Shown piece after piece: positions 1 to 8,663 of a stretch of 64,000 bases of DNA. The notes under the pieces are model-generated. The model saw only the letters and a program-made list of their open reading frames with translations, had not been told where the DNA came from and searched no databases. This DNA comes from Candidatus Levyibacteriota bacterium (GTDB lineage: Bacteria; Patescibacteriota; Microgenomatia; Levybacterales; UBA12049), in NCBI GenBank assembly GCA_027334565.1, contig DAHWUP010000004.1, positions 15,138 through 79,137 of the forward strand. Direction: 5' to 3'. The translations under genes were made by a program, and so were the position numbers. How positions within the stretch are numbered: the first letter of the stretch is position 1; every line of letters begins with the position of its first letter.

Positions 1-242
1 CGTATCGTTTGTGACCGTTCCTGTATTTTGTAAATCTTCGTTCATAAATTATATTTTAAGCAACCGATAATGAAGGAAAACAATTACTAGCTGTAATTAT
101 TCCAGCCGGTGGATCAGGGTACTTAGCTCCTCCACATTACCAGTTTATGCATATTTTGGCGATTAAGTCAATAAATGCAATCCAAATAATCAAAATGCAA
201 CCGGTTCAGGGCAGCGATATTAACTATTTTGTTAGGTGGAAG

Positions 243-329
243 CGGAGGAGGTGAGATTCGAACTCACGATTCCTTATACGGAATGGCGGTTTAGTAAACC
301 GCTGCACTAGGCCGCTATGCGACTCCTCC
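243..329 (-). tRNA. type II (long variable arm) tRNA, Ser-like identity (G73), anticodon reads ACU by hand-fold
   Basis: Reverse complement folds as GGAGGAG..GCAT/GTGC D-arm..GCGGT-TTACTAA-ACCGC anticodon arm..18-nt variable arm..GTGAG-TTCGAAT-CTCAC T-arm..CTCCTCC-G. Canonical T-loop and acceptor; anticodon assignment is unusual. Confidence 0.6.
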
Positions 330-960
330 TTAGCTTACTAGCTGATTCTCCAAACTGTTCATAAATCCCTATCAACTTAAGTTGAATTGTATAATCAGAG
401 TATCTTATAGTGCAGGTTCCCATATAATCTTTTCTACGTTTCTTGCCATTTGCAATTGTAACAGTCGGTTTCATAAATTGAGAAGCCGGTATATCCAATA
501 TATTACTCCAGTATGTTTTAAGCTTACTAAAGTTTTGCCCAGAATGTATTTGTAATTTGACCCTGAATTTTGATTCGTTTAAAGTAAAACCGGATCTTAG
601 CAGTTTAATGAATGTTTCAAGTAAAAGCGGGTCGGAATTTGTCAGGTCAAGTTTATTGGTCGATGGGTATTTTGATCCCTCGCACCAGTAAATAATTGAA
701 GCCAATATTTTGGCTGCATTCTTATTTAAATAATTAAAGTTTTTTAGCGACTTGATTTCCGATTGTTTTATACTGTTTCTTTTTCTAAAGTTCGTGTTTA
801 GCAGTGTGTCCCGTCTTGCTCCTATAAATTCATTTTTACACCAGTTCCTGATAGTACTTGCGGGTATTCCGGTAATTTTTTGAAGTTGGGCAAACGAATA
901 TTTATATCGGGTTCTTAGCGATAAAGCTTTTTCTATTTCTATGTCTTTATATCTCTTCAT
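307..960 (-). CDS. HTH-domain protein with LAGLIDADG-like motif (putative homing-endonuclease-like, paralog of 28590-29288)
   Basis: 217-aa ORF. N-terminal HTH-like segment (SFAQLQKITGIPASTIRNW). Motif ILASIIYWCEGSK resembles LAGLIDADG/LxxxxEGEG. Shares NSDP..L, YWS..IP..F blocks with the second copy. Start codon 2 nt after the tRNA-Ser 3' end; stop codon lies in the D-loop of the tRNA at 243-329. Confidence 0.4.
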   Translation of the reverse strand: MKRYKDIEIEKALSLRTRYKYSFAQLQKITGIPASTIRNWCKNEFIGARRDTLLNTNFRKRNSIKQSEIKSLKNFNYLNKNAAKILASIIYWCEGSKYPSTNKLDLTNSDPLLLETFIKLLRSGFTLNESKFRVKLQIHSGQNFSKLKTYWSNILDIPASQFMKPTVTIANGKKRRKDYMGTCTIRYSDYTIQLKLIGIYEQFGESASKLRRSRIAA

Positions 961-961
961 G

Positions 962-1046
962 CGGAGGGTACAGGATTCGAACCTGTGGACGGCTATTCAC
1001 CGTCACGGCTTAGCAAGCCGCTCTATTACCACTCTAGCAACCCTCC
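962..1046 (-). tRNA. tRNA-Ser (anticodon GCU)
   Basis: Hand-fold: acceptor GGAGGGT/ACCCTCC, 3-bp D stem, anticodon arm GCGGC-TTGCTAA-GCCGT, long variable arm, T-arm ACAGG-TTCGAAT-CCTGT, discriminator G. Confidence 0.75.
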
Positions 1047-1087
1047 TGGTTAAAAAATTATATCATAAAACCCCTCTGCCGGACTAA

Positions 1088-1648
1088 TTAAACTTCATAG
1101 GAGTAGATCTTGCCGGGGACATTTTCGTAAGAGCACATTTCTTCAATCGGAAGATGTTCGAAGTATCCCCGCATCGGCCTGATCGAATTGCCATGGGCGG
1201 ATATAAAAACGATATCGGTTGGTTTTAGTGTCGGCAGGACGTCTTCTAAAAAGGAAAGCACTCTTACTTCGACCATGGCGATGCTCTCGCCGTTCGGCGG
1301 TGGAACATCGTAGGAGCGGTGCCACAATTTATATTTATCCGGCATTTGCTTTTCAATTTCGTCCTTGTTTTTGCCGGTCAGATCGCCGTAATCCCGCTCC
1401 TTGATCCTTGGGTCGGTTACGATCTCCACTTCCGGATGGTACCTTTCTAGAACCAGCGAAAGGGTGTGTTGTGAACGGATCAGGTCTGATTGGTAAGCTT
1501 TGGTTACCGGCTCGTTTTTCAGTTGTTCTCCGACCCCGTTTGCCTCCTCGACCCCTGCTTTGGTCAAATCGGATTGGCGGAATCCTGAGAAAGTATGGGT
1601 TAGATTATCTTCGGTTTCGCCGTGTCTGAAAATAAAAATTTTTGCCAT
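1088..1648 (-). CDS. histidine phosphatase superfamily protein (phosphoglycerate mutase family)
   Basis: N-terminal RHGETEDN (RHG catalytic motif); 186 aa. Confidence 0.7.
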   Translation of the reverse strand: MAKIFIFRHGETEDNLTHTFSGFRQSDLTKAGVEEANGVGEQLKNEPVTKAYQSDLIRSQHTLSLVLERYHPEVEIVTDPRIKERDYGDLTGKNKDEIEKQMPDKYKLWHRSYDVPPPNGESIAMVEVRVLSFLEDVLPTLKPTDIVFISAHGNSIRPMRGYFEHLPIEEMCSYENVPGKIYSYEV

Positions 1649-1712
1649 TATTGCTTAGATGTTGGTTACTGGTACTAGATAAGTATAGAACAATAATTCC
1701 GAATCGTAAATC

Positions 1713-2405
1713 ATGAGTCTTTTGGATTTTGTTTTTCCCAAAGGCTGTGTAGTATGTAGGAAGCAAGGGAGTTACCTCTGCGATAGGTGTTTTACACTCT
1801 TTACCTTTGACACTAAAAATTTATGCCTTGTCTGCAATCGTCCGACTTACAATAACTTAACGCATCCGGTTTGTAAAAAAAGATATTCAATTAACGGTTG
1901 TTTTTCGGCCCTTTCCTACAACAAAACGGTGCAAAAATTAATTTTTAGTTTCAAATATAAACCTTACCTGACCGATATTAAAACCACGTTAGTTGATTTG
2001 TTTTATGAAAACCTGATTCAAAATGAATATTTCTCAAAATTAATAAGTCAAGATAAATGGGTTTTGGTGCCAATTCCATTTTCAAAAACCAAACTTCGAA
2101 AGCGCGGATATAACCAGGCGGAAATTCTGGCCGAAGAATTGGGAAAGCGACTTGACCTCAAAACACAGAATTTATTAAGAAGAATTAAAGATACAAAAAC
2201 CCAAGTCGGCAGATCGAGCGTGGATAGGAAGCTGAATATCAAGGGGGCGTTTGCCCTAAGAAACCAAAACTTCAAACTCAAAAATCAAAACATATTGCAT
2301 ATTGACGACGTGGTCACCACCGGTTCAACTTTAAATGAAGCGGCCAACGTTTTAAAAAGGGCTGGCGTCAAAAAGGTGGTCGGATTGACCCTGGCCAGAG
2401 ACTGA
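1713..2405 (+). CDS. ComF-family protein (phosphoribosyltransferase domain with N-terminal Cys-rich zinc ribbon)
   Basis: CxxC...CxxC N-terminus; C-terminal PRTase motif ILHIDDVVTTGSTL. Confidence 0.7.
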   Translation: MSLLDFVFPKGCVVCRKQGSYLCDRCFTLFTFDTKNLCLVCNRPTYNNLTHPVCKKRYSINGCFSALSYNKTVQKLIFSFKYKPYLTDIKTTLVDLFYENLIQNEYFSKLISQDKWVLVPIPFSKTKLRKRGYNQAEILAEELGKRLDLKTQNLLRRIKDTKTQVGRSSVDRKLNIKGAFALRNQNFKLKNQNILHIDDVVTTGSTLNEAANVLKRAGVKKVVGLTLARD

Positions 2406-2641
2406 TTAAATTTGGAAAACAAATACCGATGATTAGGAATAAGGATATAAAGAATATAAAACTTCAAAAATTTAAATCACAAACAGTCTTTTGTTCCAAG
2501 GGTGACTTGGAACCATCCCCGAGACGAACGCGGTGACACCGAGTAAAAATCTATCCGGATGTAACCTCTGACAATGTTAATGCCTCTGGGAGGCGATATG
2601 TTCTGTCAAAAGTAATCCGCCCGCGTCATACCATAAAAAAA

Positions 2642-2665
2642 CCCTGAACACTATGTCAGGGTTTT
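2642..2665. terminator. bidirectional intrinsic terminator (serves ssrA on the minus strand)
   Basis: Hairpin CCCTGA-ACACTATG-TCAGGG flanked by an A-run upstream and a T-run downstream. On the minus strand the hairpin is followed by U7 immediately after the tmRNA 3' end. Confidence 0.5.
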
Positions 2666-2668
2666 ATG

Positions 2669-3031
2669 TGGAGATGTCCGAGAATGACCCGGAGTCCAAG
2701 AATGCGTTTAAAAAAATCTACAAGCTTATTCTGCCTTTAAGAGTCGCCTTATTCTTTTCCGGTAGAAGGGAATAAATAAGACCAAGATTATAAATTCAAT
2801 AAGGACCCAATCAGATTCCTTATCAAGTTCCCGACTTTGTTTATGCTCAAAAAATCTCATCGGGAGAAGATTTGATGAACACCTCAAATTACTTAAGCGT
2901 ATGCGTAAGCAAATTGCGGGCTAAAACGTGAAGTTCTAGCATTTAATTTTTGATTCTTGTTTTACGGCTACTAATCAAAGCCGGCTTGCATTTTTTAAAG
3001 TGCTAAATCCTGTCGATGCAATTGCATCCCC
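2669..3031 (-). ncRNA. ssrA: tmRNA (SsrA)
   Basis: Minus-strand 5' end GGGGAUGCAAUUGCAUCGACAGGAUUU matches the tmRNA 5' consensus (GGGGcUG...GGAUUCGACGGGAUUU). 3' end is ..GGAC-UCCGG-GUCAUUC-UCGGA-CAUCUCC-A, giving a 7-bp acceptor with the G3-U70 Ala identity pair. Candidate tag ORF starts at resume codon GCU about 100 nt from the 5' end. The gene lies immediately downstream of smpB. Confidence 0.7.
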
Positions 3032-3113
3032 GTGGCTAGTATTATACCCCATTTAAATACCGAAAGTCAACTTTTCTAAGCCCTGTTTAAGATTTTTGTG
3101 AGACCACCTAAAT

Positions 3114-3545
3114 TTAATAGAGGCCGCGCTCAAGGTTTCTTTGGATATCCCGTTTTTTGATGGTTTCCCTCTTTTCGTATCTTTTTTTACCCTTTCCTAA
3201 AGCCAGCTCGAGCTTGACGAAGCCGTGTTTAAGGTATAGCGAAACGGGTACCAGCGAAAGACCGGCGCCTTCGGCCTTGGTCTTTAAGGCGATGATCTCC
3301 TTTTTGTGTAAGAGAAGTTTTCGGGTTCTTCTTTCGTCATAGCCTTTGATCTGACCGGGTTGGTAAGAAAAGATCTTGGCATTGACCAGATAGGCTTCGC
3401 TTCCGTTAATCCTGACAAAACTTCCCGAAAGATCCGCCTTGCCAAGCCTGACGGATTTTACCTCATAGCCATATAAATTGATACCGGCCTCATACCGGTC
3501 CAATAAGCGGTAATCGAAAAATGCCTTCTTATTGGTAATTTTCAT
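3114..3545 (-). CDS. smpB: SsrA-binding protein SmpB
   Basis: 143 aa; FFDYRLLDRYEAGINLYGYEVKS...LLLHKKEI is typical SmpB. Confidence 0.85.
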   Translation of the reverse strand: MKITNKKAFFDYRLLDRYEAGINLYGYEVKSVRLGKADLSGSFVRINGSEAYLVNAKIFSYQPGQIKGYDERRTRKLLLHKKEIIALKTKAEGAGLSLVPVSLYLKHGFVKLELALGKGKKRYEKRETIKKRDIQRNLERGLY

Positions 3546-3617
3546 GGTTTATATGCGGTGGTCGGGTTTTCAAGCTTTCTTTTCACAATGATACTTTAAT
3601 TAAAGGGAAATGGCAAT

Positions 3618-5438
3618 TTATTGTAAATCGATTTCGTAAACTTTGCCGCCGGAGAGTACAAAAGCTTTTTTGTTCACTTCGTCAACATCAAGGTCTTTCG
3701 CCGATCTTAATACGCCTGCCTGATACTGCGCTTTATAGTTACCGTTTTTATCCAGTACCACTATTCGGGAATTGCCGTTATCCAAAACATAAATGTAATT
3801 GTCGTCGGCCGTGGTCACGATCCTCGTAGGGTTTAAGAATTCTTTGTCCAAACCGGTTACGGTAAAGCTTTGCGAAGCTCCGCGGTTGAACTTAACGATG
3901 TTGCCGTTGGTAGAGAGAACGTACACCGAGCTGTCAATGGCCATTGATATTGCTTTGGAAAAGTCTACGCCCGAATTATCCGGGAAATAATTAGATTTTG
4001 AATAGGTAGAATCGGCGGCAACGAACTTTAGGATCTGGTTCTGTTTTTTGTCCAGGATATACAAATTACCGTAATAGTTGGCAAATCCGCCCGGCAAAGA
4101 CCAATCGTTATTGTTGGTGATGATGCTGTTTTTGACGCTTCCGTCAAGTTTGAACGAATAAACGGCCCCTAAGGTAAGCATATAAATATTATTGCTGTCG
4201 ATTGAGAAGTACAATCCTTGATTGTTAATCTCGGCGTTTAATAAGTTGCTGTCGGACGAACTAACCGCCTTGGCCGAAACCATGTTCGGCTGCGGCCCTT
4301 GAGTTAACGACTGGTTAACTTGGTCAAGCAAGGTTTTCAATTGCTTTTCCTGCGATGAATTTTTCGGAAGCTTACCGATGTTGTCCGTTAGCAACGTTTT
4401 TGCTTGATTAAAGCTGTCCTGGGCCAAACCCTCATTCAATCCCAAGAGACTTTTTCCTTCGTTATATTTTTGCAAAGCCTGTGGATAGACGTTGTTAAAT
4501 ATCGCCTGATTTTTGGCGGTCTGCTGTTTGTTGATGGCAAACAGCACGCTTGCGACAAACACCACCAGGAGGACGCCGACGATGGTTAAAATTACTTTTC
4601 GCGGATGACTTAGTCCTCCTCCTTGAGGCATTCTGAGCCCGGACAAAACACTTGAGAACAAAGAACCGAACCGTTGCGATTTACTCGTTTCTTCCTCAAC
4701 GCTCGGGGTATAAAACGGAGATAACGCCTCTTCATCCGGTTTCACTAACTCTTCCGTTTCTTGCGGTTGGACCTTTGCTTCACCAAGATAAGATTCGTCT
4801 TCACTTTGTACGGGTGATTTATAGTTAACGACGATCGCGGCTGCGGCAGACTCGTCCTTTTCGTGTACCAGGGGGGCTAAATGTTCGGCAATCTCCGAAG
4901 GCGTGCCGGTACTAAGAAGTTCGGATAACGTTTGGCTTGAAACCGTAGATGCAAACTGTTTGGTTTGTAATATGATGATGTCATTATCCTGCAGGTATCC
5001 CGAAGCGTCTTTTAAATTCTTGGGATCGTTATCAAGCGATTCGAGTAAAGTGCCCAACTTTTCACCTCTTTTTAAAGAAACTTTACCGCCCCCCAAAAGA
5101 TATAAGTATAAAACATTTTCAACATATGAAGCTATCACAAACGAGCATGAAATGTCGGTGGGTATTTTTTCGGAAGTGGTGTTTACGGCCTGTTTAATTG
5201 ATTCTAGGGTTTTGGTCTCCAGGATGAAGAATTCCTGTTCCAGGGTATCCAAAATTTCCTTGCCTAAAACGTTAAGGTAATCTTTTTCTTCCAAGTCTTG
5301 TGTGGTTTCAAGGGAAATTACGGCAAACAGTTTGCCGGCATTGTATGCTTGTGACCATGAATAGACGCTGGGGTTGGCCACAATTTTGGCAAATGTGATA
5401 TTCGTATCAGCCATTTTCTTTCCTCTATAGTATAGCAA
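3618..5438 (-). CDS. single-pass membrane protein with extracytoplasmic NHL/beta-propeller-like repeats
   Basis: 606 aa. Central TM segment (ILTIVGVLLVVFVASVLFAI). C-terminal repeated YxYVLDxxN..IV blocks. N-terminal cytoplasmic domain of unknown family. Confidence 0.4.
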   Translation of the reverse strand: MLYYRGKKMADTNITFAKIVANPSVYSWSQAYNAGKLFAVISLETTQDLEEKDYLNVLGKEILDTLEQEFFILETKTLESIKQAVNTTSEKIPTDISCSFVIASYVENVLYLYLLGGGKVSLKRGEKLGTLLESLDNDPKNLKDASGYLQDNDIIILQTKQFASTVSSQTLSELLSTGTPSEIAEHLAPLVHEKDESAAAAIVVNYKSPVQSEDESYLGEAKVQPQETEELVKPDEEALSPFYTPSVEEETSKSQRFGSLFSSVLSGLRMPQGGGLSHPRKVILTIVGVLLVVFVASVLFAINKQQTAKNQAIFNNVYPQALQKYNEGKSLLGLNEGLAQDSFNQAKTLLTDNIGKLPKNSSQEKQLKTLLDQVNQSLTQGPQPNMVSAKAVSSSDSNLLNAEINNQGLYFSIDSNNIYMLTLGAVYSFKLDGSVKNSIITNNNDWSLPGGFANYYGNLYILDKKQNQILKFVAADSTYSKSNYFPDNSGVDFSKAISMAIDSSVYVLSTNGNIVKFNRGASQSFTVTGLDKEFLNPTRIVTTADDNYIYVLDNGNSRIVVLDKNGNYKAQYQAGVLRSAKDLDVDEVNKKAFVLSGGKVYEIDLQ

Positions 5439-5682
5439 GTGAAATCAAGAAAAGCGATGCGGCGACAAACAAAAGTGCAAAAGCGAAGGTTTTGATGAAC
5501 ATGGAGTCGTTCGAGTCATGGATTATGTGATCCATCGCAAAAATTTGTCTTAACACTACCAATAAAAACATCAGGATGAAGAAATCGGCCAACAGAAACA
5601 AGGCTTTAAAAATCGGACCGAAATTTGAAATTGCGGCAACGTTTACTAAATTCAGGCCGTTCGCAAGATTAATTTTATACAT
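5425..5682 (-). CDS. small hydrophobic membrane protein (hypothetical)
   Basis: 85-aa ORF with two predicted TM helices; overlaps the start of the neighbouring gene by 14 nt. Confidence 0.3.
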   Translation of the reverse strand: MYKINLANGLNLVNVAAISNFGPIFKALFLLADFFILMFLLVVLRQIFAMDHIIHDSNDSMFIKTFAFALLFVAASLFLISLAIL

Positions 5683-5684
5683 AA

Positions 5685-6344
5685 TTACTTTCCGATTAAA
5701 TTCTCCACCACGTGCACGGCATCCTCGGGTTTGGGTACCGCATCAAAAGTAAAGTTATCGATCGTTCCGGCTGTTTGGACCAGCACGTCGCCATAATCAA
5801 AAATAGTTCTGATTAAACCGTTCTGGGCGTAGCTAACATCCTGTACCAGGCTTAATTTGGTGGCGGCCACATCTTTGTAGACGATTCCCGAAAATTCGAT
5901 ATCGATGATCCTCCTGTCGGTAACCAGATCAAGGTTGAAATACCAGATGATAAAATTGATATACATAAAAGTGGCAAGAGCCAGGTAATAAAAAATTGTA
6001 AGTATTAATAAATAGTTGGGTGGAAGGAAGCCAGCGGCAAAGTGTAGGTATGGCAAAAGCGGTATCGCCAATAATGGCACAAATAGTAGTATGATCCCTG
6101 TTACGACCCAAGGTATATTAGTGATAAAATCCTTGCGGATGAACAGAAGTACCTTTTCGTCCTCCTCTTGGTTTTGGAAGCTGATATCGTCAGGCTTTTC
6201 GCAATAGGATGTAAACAGGTGGACCGACCCGCTGCCGTTTTCTTCCACGTGTTGGATTTTGGCAGGGGGATTATTTTCGACGACCTCTGCTGTTTTTTCT
6301 TCGGGTTCCTGAATTTTTGTGTCTGAAACAAAAACGTCCGGCAT
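5685..6344 (-). CDS. membrane protein with bacterial PH (bPH_2/DUF304, YdbS/YdbT-like) domain
   Basis: Two TM helices followed by the DRRIIDIEFSGIVYKDV..LVQDVSY pattern typical of bPH_2. Confidence 0.4.
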   Translation of the reverse strand: MPDVFVSDTKIQEPEEKTAEVVENNPPAKIQHVEENGSGSVHLFTSYCEKPDDISFQNQEEDEKVLLFIRKDFITNIPWVVTGIILLFVPLLAIPLLPYLHFAAGFLPPNYLLILTIFYYLALATFMYINFIIWYFNLDLVTDRRIIDIEFSGIVYKDVAATKLSLVQDVSYAQNGLIRTIFDYGDVLVQTAGTIDNFTFDAVPKPEDAVHVVENLIGK

Positions 6345-8152
6345 TATCTTTCTACATTATACAACGGTCCGACAATTTGTATATTCGATGGTGCTCTTAG
6401 GTTAAAGTAATTCTTAAAATCGTTTCCCGAAAAACTCACCGTTCCTGCGTCTCCCGAAACCGTGACGCCGGTGGTGTTGCCGGAACCGAAGTCAGCCGAA
6501 ACGGAGACGTTACTGACACTGTTAAACGGTGTTATGCCCCTCGACTGTAATTCCTGCTTGACCTGATCGGCGCTCCAGGTATCGGTGCCGGCCGGATTTG
6601 GTTTGTCGGTTTGATATAAATGGTTAACGGTTGAGGAATCTTTTTGCGCCAAAAGCAGCACGTTAACTATATCGGCGACATCGTCGGAGGTTAGCCAGGC
6701 AGTCCCGTTATATTGGCTTCTTGAGCCCCAGTCGCAATAAAACCAGGGGGAACTTTTATCATATGCATTATTTTGAATATCCGAAAAGCTGCCGGCAGAA
6801 CCCGACGTGGTGTCAACCGCGTCTTTGGTCCAAGAAGTTTGAGCCCAGCCGATATCGGCTGAAGTGTGGACATATCCGCCGTGTGTAGAGGAAAACCAGG
6901 CTTTAATCGGGGCACCGCCCTGGACCATCACCTGGCCGGAGGTATCGTTAACCGCTTGATCCCAGTTCCCTCCCTTGGGATTGGTCTGGAAAACCTGGCA
7001 ATATTGTGTTGCGCAAATAGACTCGGCACCGTTATTGGTTGCCGCCAGTACATATGAACGAACGGCGATTGCCTGGGCTTTTAGCGCTTCCGCCGGCCAG
7101 TTATCCGGAACCTCGTAAATTCTTTTTACGTAGTCTTCAAGACTTCCGGTCCAGATGACATTGCCTGTGTTAATTCCGTTTCCGTCGTTGACGCTTATGG
7201 TAGCGTTGAGGTTTTGGTAACTGTCGAAATTATAATATGCATGAAGGATTGTATCCGAACTTTGACCTGCCAAAGCTCTTCCGTAAGCACCGTACTGGTT
7301 TAGTCCAACCCGGTTGGGAACGCCATAGGTGAAAAAACCGAATTTGGGCGAGAAACCGGGATCTTTGCCGATATCGCTTGAACACCCGCCCTGTGTGTTA
7401 TAGGCAAAAAGAGGGATGTTAAGTCCCGAGAGTTTTGCCGCCAAGATGCTTTGCTGGATGGAGTTAAGCGAAGCAAGTTGATTGGATAGTGTTGCCTGGT
7501 AGGCTCTTGCTCCCGAGACAATTTTATCAAGCTGTGAAGACTGGGAGTCCAGATTGCTCTTTAAAGCCGTCAGGTTCGCCTCCTGCGCTTGGAGTTGTTT
7601 TTGTTTGTTTTGAAGATCCAAAATAGTCGCGGCTATGTTGGTGATGATCGCCTTATCCCTGTCGGCATTGGCCTTTTGGAATCCCAATATTTGGGTGAAC
7701 TGCGCAATCGAACCCGAAGAAAGCAGTAGTAAGAGCGGAGAATTATAATAAGATTTAATGTAATAATCTCTGACGGTTGCATTTAGGATTTCTGTTTGTG
7801 TGGCCATTTGTGCATAACCGGTGTTGATATCCTGTTGTTCCTGCGCCAAATTATTTTCGATTCCGGCAATTGTATTTTTTATTCCCTGGATTTGCGAATT
7901 TAAACTGTCAAGCTTAGACTGCAAGGGCGCGGTGGCGTTAAGTGAGGATTGCAGAGCCTGGTTAATCGACGACTCGCATTTACTGATCAGATCCTGGCAT
8001 GCGGAACCGAAACCGTTAGTGCCGCTGCAGGCATTTTGTACGTTGGAAATATCACAACTGGTGTCTTGAGCGTTTGAGGAAGGCATTAATATGACACTTC
8101 CTGCCAACAGTAAGATGAAAAAAAGCAAAAAAAGGGTCTTTTTCATGGCCAA
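6344..8152 (-). CDS. secreted coiled-coil protein with SpoIID/LytB-like domain (peptidoglycan remodelling)
   Basis: Signal peptide; long Q/N/S-rich coiled coil; C-terminal domain with ALKAQAIAVRSYVLA..GYVHTSADIGW resembling SpoIID/LytB. Confidence 0.45.
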   Translation of the reverse strand: MAMKKTLFLLFFILLLAGSVILMPSSNAQDTSCDISNVQNACSGTNGFGSACQDLISKCESSINQALQSSLNATAPLQSKLDSLNSQIQGIKNTIAGIENNLAQEQQDINTGYAQMATQTEILNATVRDYYIKSYYNSPLLLLLSSGSIAQFTQILGFQKANADRDKAIITNIAATILDLQNKQKQLQAQEANLTALKSNLDSQSSQLDKIVSGARAYQATLSNQLASLNSIQQSILAAKLSGLNIPLFAYNTQGGCSSDIGKDPGFSPKFGFFTYGVPNRVGLNQYGAYGRALAGQSSDTILHAYYNFDSYQNLNATISVNDGNGINTGNVIWTGSLEDYVKRIYEVPDNWPAEALKAQAIAVRSYVLAATNNGAESICATQYCQVFQTNPKGGNWDQAVNDTSGQVMVQGGAPIKAWFSSTHGGYVHTSADIGWAQTSWTKDAVDTTSGSAGSFSDIQNNAYDKSSPWFYCDWGSRSQYNGTAWLTSDDVADIVNVLLLAQKDSSTVNHLYQTDKPNPAGTDTWSADQVKQELQSRGITPFNSVSNVSVSADFGSGNTTGVTVSGDAGTVSFSGNDFKNYFNLRAPSNIQIVGPLYNVER

Positions 8153-8207
8153 TCCATTATATCAGATGGCTTTGTTTTTATATTTGGTTTATGTTTTAAT
8201 TAAATTA

Positions 8208-8663
8208 ATGAAAGTTTATCTGGCGTCGGATCATGCCGGCTTTGAGTTAAAAAACGGTATAAAAAAATACCTCCAAAGCGAGGGGTATGATTTAGAAGAT
8301 TTAGGAAACTTGGCGTATAACCCGGAGGACGATTATCCCGAATTTATTTCCAAAGCAGCCGAAAAAATTTCCGTTTCCCCGGAAGAGCTTGCGATAGTAT
8401 TCGGTAAATCCGGCGCAGGGGAGGCGATGGTAGCCAATAAATTTAAAAATGTCAGGTGTGCGCAAGGATTTTCCCGGGAGAACGTAAGACTTGCCAGAGA
8501 GCATAACAACGCAAATGTCCTCTCGTTGGGGTCTTTGTTCATCGATTTGGAAACAGCAAAAGGGTTAGTGGACGAATTTTTAAAAACTGCCTTTTCCGGC
8601 GAATCAAGACACATTAGAAGATTAGAGGAAATTACCAAAATTGAACAAAAAAATTATGCATGA
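8208..8663 (+). CDS. rpiB: ribose-5-phosphate isomerase B
   Basis: MKVYLASDHAGFELKNGIKKYL... is an RpiB/LacAB signature. The true start is taken at the internal ATG at 8208, because the upstream part of the ORF is antisense to the neighbouring signal peptide. Confidence 0.8.
   Translation: MKVYLASDHAGFELKNGIKKYLQSEGYDLEDLGNLAYNPEDDYPEFISKAAEKISVSPEELAIVFGKSGAGEAMVANKFKNVRCAQGFSRENVRLAREHNNANVLSLGSLFIDLETAKGLVDEFLKTAFSGESRHIRRLEEITKIEQKNYA

Noticed and set aside
1143-1629. Short ORFs (60-73 aa) on both strands inside the histidine-phosphatase gene
   Set aside because: They fully overlap a well-supported CDS, have arginine/proline-rich junk composition and no start context; they are antisense or out-of-frame artefacts. 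The same applies to the many 60-130-aa ORFs nested in nrdJ, the PBPs, ftsH, uvrD and the GT-C genes.
2406-3113. SRP RNA, RNase P RNA or 6S RNA in the large spacer upstream of smpB
   Set aside because: Checked by eye for AGGAAAGUCC-type P4 (RNase P) and GGAAGCAGCCA domain-IV (SRP) signatures on both strands: none found. The 3' two-thirds of the spacer is fully explained by tmRNA; the remaining 235 nt is listed as an open question instead.
8091-8207. N-terminal extension of the rpiB ORF (start at 8091)
   Set aside because: The extra 39 codons are the antisense of the signal peptide of the minus-strand gene ending at 8152; RpiB homology begins at the internal ATG 8208.
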